Counted from the stretch's first letter, positions 1 to 9,023 are shown. The stretch is DNA of 64,000 nt from Myxococcales bacterium (GCA_047601445.1 JASGJH010000001.1:4768001-4832000), one strand, 5' to 3'. Notes: generated by a model from the letters alone, not told the origin. Numbers and translations are program-made.

Positions 1-345
1 GAGGCCAAGCGCCCCGTTGTCGCTGCAAGCCCGAAGCCGATGGCCGCAGCCACGCCAACCGTCTTGCCCGACATCGCGCCCGCGCCGGCCCTGTCCGTGG
101 AGATCCCAGAGCTGGCTCCCTCGGAGCCCACGCCCTCCCTCGTGACCGGTCCACTCGCACTCCCGGGGCCGACCGACGATTCCGCGCCCCGTCCACCGCG
201 CGCACGTCGCGGCGCACCCGAGGCCGCGCTCGAACGTGAGCTCGCGACGGGCGCGTCCGCAGCCGCGCCGGTTGCTGCCGAGCCCGCCACTTTGCCCGAG
301 CCCGTGACGGCGCGCTCGGGGCGCCTTTCCCGCAGCGAGTTTTGA
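1..345 (+). CDS. 3' end of a gene truncated by the window edge; Pro/Ala-rich tail, possibly of a Ser/Thr kinase
   Basis: Frame is open from base 1 to the TGA at 345. Low-complexity P/A linker ending in RSGRLSRSEF, directly before a TPR/PEGA gene, a common myxobacterial arrangement. Confidence 0.5.
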   Translation, partial: EAKRPVVAASPKPMAAATPTVLPDIAPAPALSVEIPELAPSEPTPSLVTGPLALPGPTDDSAPRPPRARRGAPEAALERELATGASAAAPVAAEPATLPEPVTARSGRLSRSEF

Positions 346-425
346 CGCCATCGAGCCAGCCCCTGCGAATCAATCATCCCAGTTCCCGTGTTCATTCATC
401 AGTTCAATCTCGCGGAGCCGACAAC

Positions 426-1340
426 ATGTCGCTGATCGTTACGGCCGAAGACAGCCACACCGAATCCCTCGTGTTGGGGCTGTCGACTTTGCTCTTCCTC
501 CTCGCGTTACAGCTCGCGCTCTCGGGTCTGACGCGCGCTCAGGAACCCGCGACACAGGCACCCGCTAGCGCAGGAGTCGCGGCCGAGGCCACGTCAGCGG
601 GCTCGTCGGCCGGGCCGGGCGCAGCCGAAGCCGACGCCCCCGGCAGCGTGTATTCGCGCGCCATCGACGCAGCCCTGATGGAGTACGAGCGCGGCAACTT
701 CGAGGAAGCGCGCGAGCACCTGCGCGCTGCGCACGAGGCCTACCCCAATGCGCGCACCTACCGCGGACTCGGCAAAGCCGAGTTCGAGCTACGCAACTAC
801 GGCGAGTCCGTGAAGATGCTGGAAGCCGCGCTGACGTCCCAGGTGAAGCCACTCGACGCAACGCTGCGCGCCGAGGTCGAGGCGATCCTTGCGCGTGCCC
901 GCGCCTACGTGGGCGAGGTTCACGTCAACGTCGAGCCCGGTACGGCCACCGTGAGCGTGGACGGCGTCCTGATGGCGAGCGGCCCCGACGCGGCTCTCGC
1001 CCTGGTGGTCGGCGATCACGTGCTCGAGTTCCGTGCATCGGGCCATCTGCCCGAGCGACGCGCCATCCGCGTGAAAGGCGGCGAGAGCATGACGGTGCGC
1101 GTGGTGTTGCCTTCGCCCAACGACTCTGGCGACGGACACCAAACCATCGTGGCGCTCCAGCCGCAGGCCTCCCCGCTGGTCGACACCGCCACCCGCAAGC
1201 GACGCTGGGTCTGGGCCAGCGTCGGCACGTTGCTCGTTGGCGGCATCGTCACCGGTGCAGTGCTCGCCGCACGCTCTGGTCACCGCGGGAATGGTGACGT
1301 GAGCGGAGGCACCACCGGCGTGGTGATCGAGAACCCGTGA
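426..1340 (+). CDS. TPR + PEGA-domain membrane/secreted protein
   Basis: N-terminal hydrophobic segment, TPR-like helices (YERGNFEEAREHLRAA...LGKAEFELRNY), PEGA-like beta domain (VNVEPGTATVSVDG...GDHVLEFRASG), C-terminal TM helix. ATG at 426 chosen over the upstream TTG. Confidence 0.75.
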   Translation: MSLIVTAEDSHTESLVLGLSTLLFLLALQLALSGLTRAQEPATQAPASAGVAAEATSAGSSAGPGAAEADAPGSVYSRAIDAALMEYERGNFEEAREHLRAAHEAYPNARTYRGLGKAEFELRNYGESVKMLEAALTSQVKPLDATLRAEVEAILARARAYVGEVHVNVEPGTATVSVDGVLMASGPDAALALVVGDHVLEFRASGHLPERRAIRVKGGESMTVRVVLPSPNDSGDGHQTIVALQPQASPLVDTATRKRRWVWASVGTLLVGGIVTGAVLAARSGHRGNGDVSGGTTGVVIENP

Positions 1341-1364
1341 AGGCTTGAGAGCCGGCTCAGCTCT

Positions 1365-2285
1365 CTAGTAGCGCGCAAGCTCGGGATCGACCTCGAGCGC
1401 GTATCCGTCGATGCCACCCGCCACGTTGAAGACGTGCTTGAAGCCCTGGCGCAGGTAGTGCTCCGCCGCCTGCTGGCTGCGGCCGCCGTGGTGACAGTGG
1501 AAGTAGATGGGCGTGTCTTTGTCGAGCTTGGCGAGCTTTTCCTGGGCCGCCTTGTCGAAGTGCTGAGCCTGCTCGAGCTTGACGATGTTACGCTCCTCGT
1601 TGCTGCGCACGTCGAACAGCTCGAAGGACTTGCCGGCGTCGATCAGAGCCTTGAGATCCCTGGGCCCGATCTGCTTCACGCGCGGCGGCTCGTTGGGGTT
1701 GTCGATCTTGAAGCCCCCGCCGTCGGCGGCCAGGAAATCGATGCGCAAACCGTCGGCGCGTAGCGCGCTCTGGCGGTCAAACACCAGAGTCAGTCCACCG
1801 GCGTCCACCTTGATGTCACCCTCGTTGGGCTCATCCACCGACAGCGCGTACTCGAACTGCGGAGAGATCTCGATGCGCAACGCCGCCACGGCCTCGCCTT
1901 CGCCGGCCTCGAGCACCGCTCGCTTGGCGGCCTCCGTGACGGTCACCGTGGGCGCCTTGACCTCGGGTTTGGCGGTGCCGAGCACGTCGTAAATCTCACC
2001 GCTGGCGAACAGCTCCTTCACGATGTCCGCGCCGCCCACAAACTGCCCTTTGACGTAAAGCTGCGGGAACGTGGGCCAGCTGGTGTACTCCTTCATGCCT
2101 TCGCGCAGATCCGCACGGGCCAGGATGTTCACGTCCTTGAGCTCGCGGACCCCCGCTTCCTTGAGGATGTTCACCACGGTGGCCGAGAACCCGCACTGCG
2201 GGAAGCTCTTGGTGCCCTTCATGAAAAGGAGCACGGGGTGCTTCTGGACCAGCTCCTCGATCTCAGCCTTCAGCTGCGCATCCAT
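1365..2285 (-). CDS. grxD: Monothiol (CGFS) glutaredoxin fused to a degenerate A-type-carrier-like domain and a rhodanese domain
   Basis: LFMKGT..FPQCGFS, WPTFPQLY and GGAD motifs; IscA/HesB-like middle ending GFKIDNPN; C-terminal DVR...CHHGGRS...GGIDGY. GGAG upstream of the ATG. Confidence 0.9.
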   Translation of the reverse strand: MDAQLKAEIEELVQKHPVLLFMKGTKSFPQCGFSATVVNILKEAGVRELKDVNILARADLREGMKEYTSWPTFPQLYVKGQFVGGADIVKELFASGEIYDVLGTAKPEVKAPTVTVTEAAKRAVLEAGEGEAVAALRIEISPQFEYALSVDEPNEGDIKVDAGGLTLVFDRQSALRADGLRIDFLAADGGGFKIDNPNEPPRVKQIGPRDLKALIDAGKSFELFDVRSNEERNIVKLEQAQHFDKAAQEKLAKLDKDTPIYFHCHHGGRSQQAAEHYLRQGFKHVFNVAGGIDGYALEVDPELARY

Positions 2286-2584
2286 CGTCTCTTAACTCCT
2301 GCCGTCTCGCCGGGTTCGCGCGGACAGCAACAGCGTAAGGTCGCGAGGCGAGGCGTGCCAGCCAAAGGGGCTGGCGAACGCGGCCGACAGGCTTGGCTCA
2401 CGGGCCCACCGGGCCGAGCGCCGGGCCCGAACGCCCGTGATGGGCCACCCGGCCAGGAGCGGAGGGTAAGGCGCGTGACACGCGGGGGAGGCCGCCGGCA
2501 GCGTGGGGCCGGGGCCGCTTCCCCCGCCCCGTAAGGAACTTTCGGACTCGGCCCCCACGAGGCCAGGCGAAGCGGTGCCAGGAC

Positions 2585-3493
2585 TCACAGCCAGTGTTTG
2601 CGCCGGAACCAGCGCCAGATGGCAAAGGAAATCGCCACCAACGCCAACCAGAACACCGGATAGCTGTAGCGCCAGTGGAGCTCGGGCATCTCGCGGAAGT
2701 TCATGCCGTAGACCCCCACGATGAACGTGAGGGGCAGGAAGAACACCGAGTAGAGCGCCAGCGTCCGCATCACGTCGTTGGTGTCGTTGGCCGAAAGCGA
2801 GAGCTGCACCGCCAACAGGTTGCGCAGATCCTCGAGCAGGTTGTCCGCGAAGAACAGCAAGCTCTCCACGTGTTCGCGCAGGTCCTGGCACAGCGGCTGA
2901 TTGCGGTCGGAGCGCGGCACGAAGCGCTGCACGGCATTGTGCGTATGCCAGAGCATGCGCTTGATCACGGTGAGCCGAGTCTGCGTGCGAAAGATGGCAT
3001 CCCAGTGAGCGCTGTCGCGCTGGTCGGTCAGGATGGAGGCCTCGAAGGCGTGGATCTGATCTTCGATGGTCTCGAGTGGCTCGTGATAGGTCTCGACGGC
3101 GCTCATCAACACCTCGAGCATGCTGGTCAACAGGTACACGGGCCCTGGAGCATAGCGATACTTGCGCAGGATGGGCTCCATGAACGCGAGATCCTCGCGG
3201 TGCACGGTGATCAGGAAGCGATTGCCCAAGAACAGCGCCACCTTTTGCGTCAGGGCGTGCACGTCGCTGTCCAGCACGCTCGCGCGCGAGTTGAAGGCGC
3301 GCACGATCAGAAAGGTGGTATCGCCCGACTGCTCGTGCTTCGGCAGATGCTGCGGCTCGAGGCAGTCCTTCACCAGCGTGGAATGCAGGTGATATCTGCG
3401 CGAGAGCGTCTCGAACTCATCGGCCGTCGGATCGACCAGGTCGAGCCACACCGGAACCGGCGGCTCACCTTCCACGCGAATCTGGTTGATCAT
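2585..3493 (-). CDS. corA: CorA-family Mg2+/Co2+ transporter
   Basis: WLDLVDPT start, PLTFIVGVYGMNF (GMN signature), MPEL loop, two C-terminal TMs. ATG at 3493 is preceded by GGAG; alternative GTG at 3523. Confidence 0.92.
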   Translation of the reverse strand: MINQIRVEGEPPVPVWLDLVDPTADEFETLSRRYHLHSTLVKDCLEPQHLPKHEQSGDTTFLIVRAFNSRASVLDSDVHALTQKVALFLGNRFLITVHREDLAFMEPILRKYRYAPGPVYLLTSMLEVLMSAVETYHEPLETIEDQIHAFEASILTDQRDSAHWDAIFRTQTRLTVIKRMLWHTHNAVQRFVPRSDRNQPLCQDLREHVESLLFFADNLLEDLRNLLAVQLSLSANDTNDVMRTLALYSVFFLPLTFIVGVYGMNFREMPELHWRYSYPVFWLALVAISFAIWRWFRRKHWL

Positions 3494-3545
3494 CTCTCCG
3501 AGCCTGCTCCTCTCGTGTGCCACGCGCCACTCATGAGGCGCTCAC

Positions 3546-3807
3546 GTGCCCCGCGCGCTGCCCGGAAGCACGGGCCACCGCCTGCTGGCGCAAATCGCGC
3601 CCATGAGGCGCTTGTTCGCGGTGGGGTCGGTCGGTCATGGGGGCGCTTCTGGTCTTGGTGCGCAAGGCGCGCGCAAGAGCGCGCGCAGCTCAGTCTCCGT
3701 CGCTTCGTTCACTGACAGGGTCCACCGGTTGAGCTTCGCTTCCGATCGAGGGCGCGAAAGATTGCGCGCAGGCGGTGGCCCGTGCTTTCAGGCAGCACGC
3801 GGGGCAC
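3546..3807 (-). ncRNA. Structured element copy A, upstream of corA (putative cis-regulatory RNA)
   Basis: 40-bp terminal inverted repeat (3546-3585 / 3768-3807, 37/40 Watson-Crick) enclosing a core homologous to 4094-4235. Function is inferred. Confidence 0.55.
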
Positions 3808-4023
3808 TGTGTGCACTCCGGAGCACGAGCGTTCTCGAGTGTTCTTGGCCCGGATCGTCTCGAATGTTCTCTCGAATCAAGGTGGCCCCAAGCCCCAGTG
3901 GCCTCGAGGGTGCTCGCGCGACCACTGGGTCCACTCAAGCGAGCCTCACTCGAGCTCCCGAGCAACCCGTGCTCACATGAGCCCTCGAACACCACGAGAG
4001 CCCGCGTGAGTCCCGTCGTATTC

Positions 4024-4291
4024 GAGGGGGTTCGGCGGGCGAGTCGGTGGCGGGCGGTTCCCTCTGGCGCCGAGTCTTGGCGCGCTCCGACTCGAAGCAA
4101 AGCTCAACCGGTGAACCCCGTCAGCGGCCGATACGACGGAGACTGAGCCTGCGCGCTTCCTGCGCGCCTTGCGTACCAAGACCAGAGTCGACCCCATGAC
4201 CGTCCCCACCGCGCGGCGCACGATTCATGGCGCGACTCTCGGCCAGCCAGAGGGAACCCGACCGCCACCGACTCGCCCGCCGGGACCCTTC
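4024..4291 (+). ncRNA. Structured element copy B, upstream of feoA (putative cis-regulatory RNA)
   Basis: ~50-bp imperfect terminal inverted repeat (4024-4076 / 4234-4291) enclosing a core homologous to the reverse complement of 3596-3742. Function is inferred. Confidence 0.55.
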
Positions 4292-4311
4292 TGGGCAGGG
4301 ACGGGACGCAC

Positions 4312-4566
4312 GTGGACGGACGGGCTATCACAGCGCTCGTGGCAGTTCGTCTGGCTCAGTATCCCCGCCATCAGGTCGCTCGTATCGTCAGTGTGGGAGG
4401 AGCGCGTCCGGTGCGGCGTCGGCTGCTCGAGCTGGGCCTGACGCCTGGGACCGAGGTCACGGTGGTGGGCGTGTCGCCGCTGGGTGACCCGCTCGAGCTG
4501 TCGGTGCGTGGCTCGCGCGTCTCCATCCGCAAGAAGGACGCCCTCGAGATCGAGGTGGACGCGTGA
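4312..4566 (+). CDS. feoA: Ferrous iron transport protein A
   Basis: RRLLELGLTPGTEVTVV..SPLGDPLELSVRGSRVSIRK is a typical FeoA SH3-like signature. Overlaps the feoB start (GTGA). Confidence 0.92.
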   Translation: MDGRAITALVAVRLAQYPRHQVARIVSVGGARPVRRRLLELGLTPGTEVTVVGVSPLGDPLELSVRGSRVSIRKKDALEIEVDA

Positions 4567-6644
4567 GTGCCGCCACGCGCGTGGCCCTGGTGGGCAATCC
4601 CAACACGGGCAAGAGCACGCTCTTCAATCGACTCACGGGTGCCAATGCCCGCGTGGGTAACTATCCTGGGGTCACCGTGGAGCTCGAGCGCGGCTCGCTC
4701 GTGCTCGCCCCGGGCCGCACGGTCGAAGTCGTCGACGTACCGGGTTCCTACTCGCTCGTGGCGCGCAGCCGTGAGGAGCAGGTGGCCATCGAGTGCCTGC
4801 TGGGCCTGGACGGCCAGACCGCCCCGGATCTCGTGGTGTGCTGCGTCGATGCCACCAACCTTTCGCGCAATCTGTACTTCGTGCTGCAGGCGCAGGAGCT
4901 GGGGCTCAACCTCGTCGTGGCCCTGACCATGGTCGACGAAGCCGGCCCGCTGGCCCCCGAGGCCTCCGAACTCTCGGACATCCTCGAGTGTCCGGTGGTG
5001 AGCGTGGTCGCGCGTACGGGTCAGGGGCTCGATGGGCTCAAGCGGGTCATGGCCGAAGCCCTCACGCGCAAGGTCACACCCAAGCTGCGTTTCGCGCCCA
5101 GCGCCACCCTGGCCAAGCAAATCGCCCAGGTGCGCGCCGCATGCCCCACCGGCCTTCAGACCGATGCCTTCGCGCTCTGGGCGCTGATGTCGGTGGCTCG
5201 CGATGACGAGCTTTCGCTGCCCGAGAACCTGCGAGCCGCCGTGCTCTCGGCGGTGCCCGACGACCAAGCCGGCAAGGCCCTCGACGACGAGGTCGTGAAC
5301 GCACGCTACGCGTTCATCGATCGCACCGTGTCGCCGCTCGTGACTCAACCGGTGAAGCGAACGCTCACCGAGCGCGTGGACGGCGTGCTGCTCCATCCGG
5401 TGTTCGGTTTCTTCGCCTTCCTGCTGATCTCCCTGTTGATCTTCCAGTCTCTCTTCAGCTGGGCCAACCCTGCCATCGAGCTCGTCGAGTGGCTGTTCGG
5501 CAAGCTGGGCGAAGGCGTGGGGCAGCTGCTCGGCGACAACGTGGTGAGCGAGCTGATCGTCGAGGGCATCGTGGGCGGCGCGGGCAGCGTGGTGGTGTTC
5601 CTGCCGCAGATTCTGCTGCTGTTCTTGTTCGTGGGGTTGATGGAGGACTCCGGCTACATGGCGCGCGTGGCCTACCTCATGGATCGCATCATGAAGGGCA
5701 TGGGGCTCCACGGGCGTGCCTTCGTGCCGATGCTCTCGGGCTTTGCCTGCGCCATCCCGGCCATCATGGCCACGCGCACCATGGAGCGACAGCGCGACCG
5801 CCTCCTGACCATGATGGTGGTGCCGCTGATGACCTGCTCGGCCCGCCTGCCGGTGTACACGCTGATCATCGGCGCGCTGTTCCCGGCTCAAATGCGCTGG
5901 CTCGGCATCCCGGTGCAGGGTGGCTTGATGATCGCCATGTATCTGTTTTCGGTGTGCATCGCGCTGCTCGCGGCCTGGGTGCTCTCCAAGACGGTGCTGC
6001 GCGCCGAGAGCGCCACGTTGATTCTCGAACTGCCTCCGTACCGCCTACCGCGCTTGCCGGATGTGCTGCGCATGGTGTGGCAGCGCGCCAAGGCGTTCCT
6101 CACGCAGGCCGGCACCATCATCCTCGGCTGCAGTGTGCTGCTATGGCTGCTGCTGAATTTCCCGCGGCCCAGCGCCGAACAGCTGGCGGGCCACACACCC
6201 ACCGAGCAGCACTCTATCGCGCTCGCCAACAGCTACGGCGGCAGGCTCGGTCACACCATCGAACCCGTCATCGCTCCGCTCGGCTTCGACTGGAAGATCG
6301 GCGTGGGCATTATCGGCGCCTTCGCCGCGCGCGAGGTCTTCGTGGCCACCATGGGCGTGGTCTACAGCGCCGGCGACGACGTGGACGAGGAGAACCAGAC
6401 GTTGCGGGAGAAGCTGCGCGAGGAGCGCACGCCGGACGGCCAGACCGCCTACACCCCGTTGGTGGGCCTGTCCTTGATGATCTTCTTCGCCCTGGCCTGC
6501 CAGTGCATGAGCACACTCGCGGTGGTGAAGCGCGAGACCCACAGCTATCGCTGGCCCGCGTTCCTCTTCGTGTACATGACCGTGCTCGCCTGGTGCACGA
6601 GCTTCGCGGTCTACCAGGGCGGACGCCTACTCGGCCTGGGTTGA
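4563..6644 (+). CDS. feoB: Ferrous iron transport protein B
   Basis: G1 GNPNTGKS, G2 NYPGVT, G3 DVPG, gate motifs (GFACAIPA, MTCSARLPVY, ELPPY, AREVFV) and multiple TMs. Confidence 0.97.
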   Translation: MSAATRVALVGNPNTGKSTLFNRLTGANARVGNYPGVTVELERGSLVLAPGRTVEVVDVPGSYSLVARSREEQVAIECLLGLDGQTAPDLVVCCVDATNLSRNLYFVLQAQELGLNLVVALTMVDEAGPLAPEASELSDILECPVVSVVARTGQGLDGLKRVMAEALTRKVTPKLRFAPSATLAKQIAQVRAACPTGLQTDAFALWALMSVARDDELSLPENLRAAVLSAVPDDQAGKALDDEVVNARYAFIDRTVSPLVTQPVKRTLTERVDGVLLHPVFGFFAFLLISLLIFQSLFSWANPAIELVEWLFGKLGEGVGQLLGDNVVSELIVEGIVGGAGSVVVFLPQILLLFLFVGLMEDSGYMARVAYLMDRIMKGMGLHGRAFVPMLSGFACAIPAIMATRTMERQRDRLLTMMVVPLMTCSARLPVYTLIIGALFPAQMRWLGIPVQGGLMIAMYLFSVCIALLAAWVLSKTVLRAESATLILELPPYRLPRLPDVLRMVWQRAKAFLTQAGTIILGCSVLLWLLLNFPRPSAEQLAGHTPTEQHSIALANSYGGRLGHTIEPVIAPLGFDWKIGVGIIGAFAAREVFVATMGVVYSAGDDVDEENQTLREKLREERTPDGQTAYTPLVGLSLMIFFALACQCMSTLAVVKRETHSYRWPAFLFVYMTVLAWCTSFAVYQGGRLLGLG

Positions 6645-6648
6645 TCAC

Positions 6649-6712
6649 CCGCGTGCTCGTGCTCGGTCGCAACCAGGACGAAGATGGCGCTGGATCGAGC
6701 ACGAGCACGCGG
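6649..6712. repeat. Intergenic inverted repeat (REP-like or bidirectional terminator) between convergent genes
   Basis: CCGCGTGCTCGTGCTCGGTC (6649-6668) pairs 19/20 with GATCGAGCACGAGCACGCGG (6693-6712). Confidence 0.7.
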
Positions 6713-6749
6713 TCGGGCGTGTGCCCACCGGAGCTCCCCTAGCTGCTCT

Positions 6750-7688
6750 TCACTTGCAGCGGTCAGCAGGCGCGCAGATGCCGTTGTCTTGCTTGCTGCC
6801 GTCGGCGTTGGTGAACAGCACGCAGCAACCGGTGGCGGTGCATTCGCCGTTGTTGTGGCAGGGGATCTGGCAGCCGTTCAGACCGATGTCCTGGGCGCTC
6901 TGCGCGCAGACCAGGCCCATGCAGCACGGGTTGCGATTGGTGTCGCACTCCTCGTCGAGCCGTCGACACGCGTTTTGGCAGCTCTCGAAGGTGGTGCCGC
7001 AGAAGGGCTTGGCGACGCGATCGTTGTCAGCGCAACAGTTGCTCGAGCAGTTGTCGTCGGTGGTACAGGGCTTCATGCAGATGCCCAGGTACTTTTTCCC
7101 GTCGGGGGCCGTGCCCTGCATGCATTCGAGTCCCTCGCAGCAGCCGTCGGGGCGCCCATCACAGACGCTCTCCTCGAGCAAACACGCGGTGCTCGCGTTG
7201 GGGAGCAGCGACGCGCACTGGTGCGCCTTTTCACGACCCTGACGGTCGAGGCAAACGCAGCCAAGCTCGTCTGGAGTCAGACACACGGCCTGCAGGCAAA
7301 TCGGCGCCTCTTGCGGGCATCCGTTGAGGCGGCAGTCGTCCACGTTCTGGTAGCGTGGGTCCGGTAGGCACACACTGCCCTCACACGTGAGTCCGGGTCC
7401 GCATGGTTTTCCCGATTCGCATGTGTTACCCAGGTTACCGCATTGCTCGGCGGCCACGTATCCACCCGCCAGCATCTTGTCGTCGCCTGGATGGATGACC
7501 GCACCATCGGGACCGATGATCACCTCACCGGCATCGCTGTCGATGCCACTGCTGGTCGGGCTACAGCCCGCCCCCAGGAAGACGGCAGCCATCAGGCAGA
7601 TTGCGCTGGAAGGGCGCGGACTAGAGACGCGCGGAAGGGCGCGAGGAGGATTGGGAGCACGGTGACGATTGGCCGAACCAAAGTGCAT
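6750..7688 (-). CDS. Cys-rich putative lipoprotein
   Basis: Lipobox-like FLGAGC, acidic linker and many CxxxxxCC modules. Start uncertain. Confidence 0.7.
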   Translation of the reverse strand: MHFGSANRHRAPNPPRALPRVSSPRPSSAICLMAAVFLGAGCSPTSSGIDSDAGEVIIGPDGAVIHPGDDKMLAGGYVAAEQCGNLGNTCESGKPCGPGLTCEGSVCLPDPRYQNVDDCRLNGCPQEAPICLQAVCLTPDELGCVCLDRQGREKAHQCASLLPNASTACLLEESVCDGRPDGCCEGLECMQGTAPDGKKYLGICMKPCTTDDNCSSNCCADNDRVAKPFCGTTFESCQNACRRLDEECDTNRNPCCMGLVCAQSAQDIGLNGCQIPCHNNGECTATGCCVLFTNADGSKQDNGICAPADRCK

Positions 7689-7835
7689 GGCGAGACTCTA
7701 CATCGGGCGCACGGAGCCGGAAAACCTTCTGTGGTCTCCAAGTGTGACCTGAGGCCACCTGCGATCGGGAGGGTTGAGGGTTCTCGTAGCCTTGGGCCGC
7801 GAAGTCGGCGACAAGGGAACGATAGGAGGTGCGCC

Positions 7836-9023
7836 ATGCAGTATCGGGCGCGCGCTTTGACCCGCGCGGTGTCGTTCTTGGGCCTCTTGCTGGCCCTCAC
7901 TGGTTGCACCCGGGTGCCCGAGCTGAGCGGCATGGGCACCCTGCTCTCGGCGCGCGATGCGGCCCACGGGCCCCTGGCCAGCACCACCGCGGAGGCTTTG
8001 ACCCTCGACCAACTCCAGCTCAAGGGGTCCCACAACAGCTATCACCAGGCGCCGCGCATGGCCCTGGCCAAGGGCTGGCGGTACAGCCACCTCCCGCTGC
8101 GCAAGCAGCTCGAGACCCAGGGCGTGCGCCAAATCGAGCTCGACGTTCGCTACAGCGGCGGCCAGGTCGTGGTCGGCCATCTGCCCATCGTCGACGGCCG
8201 CAGCAGCTGCCGTACCCTGGCCGCGTGCCTGCAGCAGGTGAAGGCCTGGTCCGACGAGAATCCCTCGCACCTGCCGCTGTTCGTGTTCCTGGAGCCCAAG
8301 GAGCACATCACGCCCTCGAACCTGGACGGGCGTCTCGAGGTGCTCGACCAGACCATCGCCAAGGTCTTCCCGCGCTCGTCGCTGCTCACGCCGCGCGACG
8401 TGGCGGGGGAGGAGCGCACGCTCAAGGAGGCCGTGCAGGCGCACGGCTGGCCGAGTCTCGAGTCGACCCGAGGCAAGGTGGTGTTCGTGCTGTTCGGCCG
8501 CAAGAACCACACGCGCGCCTACGGCGAGGGTCGGCCGCGCCTCGAAGGGCGGCTGATGTTCGCGGCGGGCAGGCCGCAGGACCCCTATGCGGTGTTCGCT
8601 TCGTGTGACGATCCGGTGGCAGAGAAGGCCGAGATCGCGGCCGCGCTCGACCAGGGCATGCTGGTGCGAACGCGCGCCGACAGCGATTTGCGCCGTGACC
8701 GCAACCGCCGCGACGCGGCGTTGGCCAGCGGCGCCCACTTTATCGGCAGCGATTTCGTCGATCCCAAGAGCAACTGGCTCGCACTGGGAGAGCGTGCCCC
8801 GGCACGTTGTAACCCGCTTTCGGGCGCGGCCTGCGTGAGCGCAGCGCTGACGGAGACCCCCGAAGACGTGGTCGCGCTCGGCGCGAATCCTGCGTTGCCC
8901 GCAGCGAGCGCGTCCCCTGCCGTGGGAACGAGCGCATCTGGTTCCCTCGTCGAAGAGCGCGCGCTCTTGCCGCTGCCGGCCAATGCCAGCGCCACCGGCA
9001 AGGCCCCCATCGGCGTTCCGTGA
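7836..9023 (+). CDS. PI-PLC X-domain (phosphoinositide phospholipase C-like) lipoprotein
   Basis: LTGC lipobox, GSHNSYH, QLETQGVRQIELDV, SGAHFIGSDF. AGGAGG upstream of the ATG at 7836. Confidence 0.8.
   Translation: MQYRARALTRAVSFLGLLLALTGCTRVPELSGMGTLLSARDAAHGPLASTTAEALTLDQLQLKGSHNSYHQAPRMALAKGWRYSHLPLRKQLETQGVRQIELDVRYSGGQVVVGHLPIVDGRSSCRTLAACLQQVKAWSDENPSHLPLFVFLEPKEHITPSNLDGRLEVLDQTIAKVFPRSSLLTPRDVAGEERTLKEAVQAHGWPSLESTRGKVVFVLFGRKNHTRAYGEGRPRLEGRLMFAAGRPQDPYAVFASCDDPVAEKAEIAAALDQGMLVRTRADSDLRRDRNRRDAALASGAHFIGSDFVDPKSNWLALGERAPARCNPLSGAACVSAALTETPEDVVALGANPALPAASASPAVGTSASGSLVEERALLPLPANASATGKAPIGVP

Noticed and set aside
2290..2584. GC-rich 300-bp gap with short GGGCC repeats and weak hairpins
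   Set aside because: The pairings are what extreme GC content would give by chance. There is no second copy and no recognisable RNA family.
3546..4291. Twin elements as the ends of an IS or as a complete retron
   Set aside because: No transposase or reverse transcriptase in the window, and I found no target-site duplication. Kept only as an alternative hypothesis.
3546..4487. Short ORFs across the corA-feoA intergenic region, two sharing SVSV.S..D.VHRLSFAS
   Set aside because: The similarity follows from the nucleotide repeat, and the frames diverge outside that block because of indels. No convincing SD or protein features, so an RNA/DNA-level element fits better.
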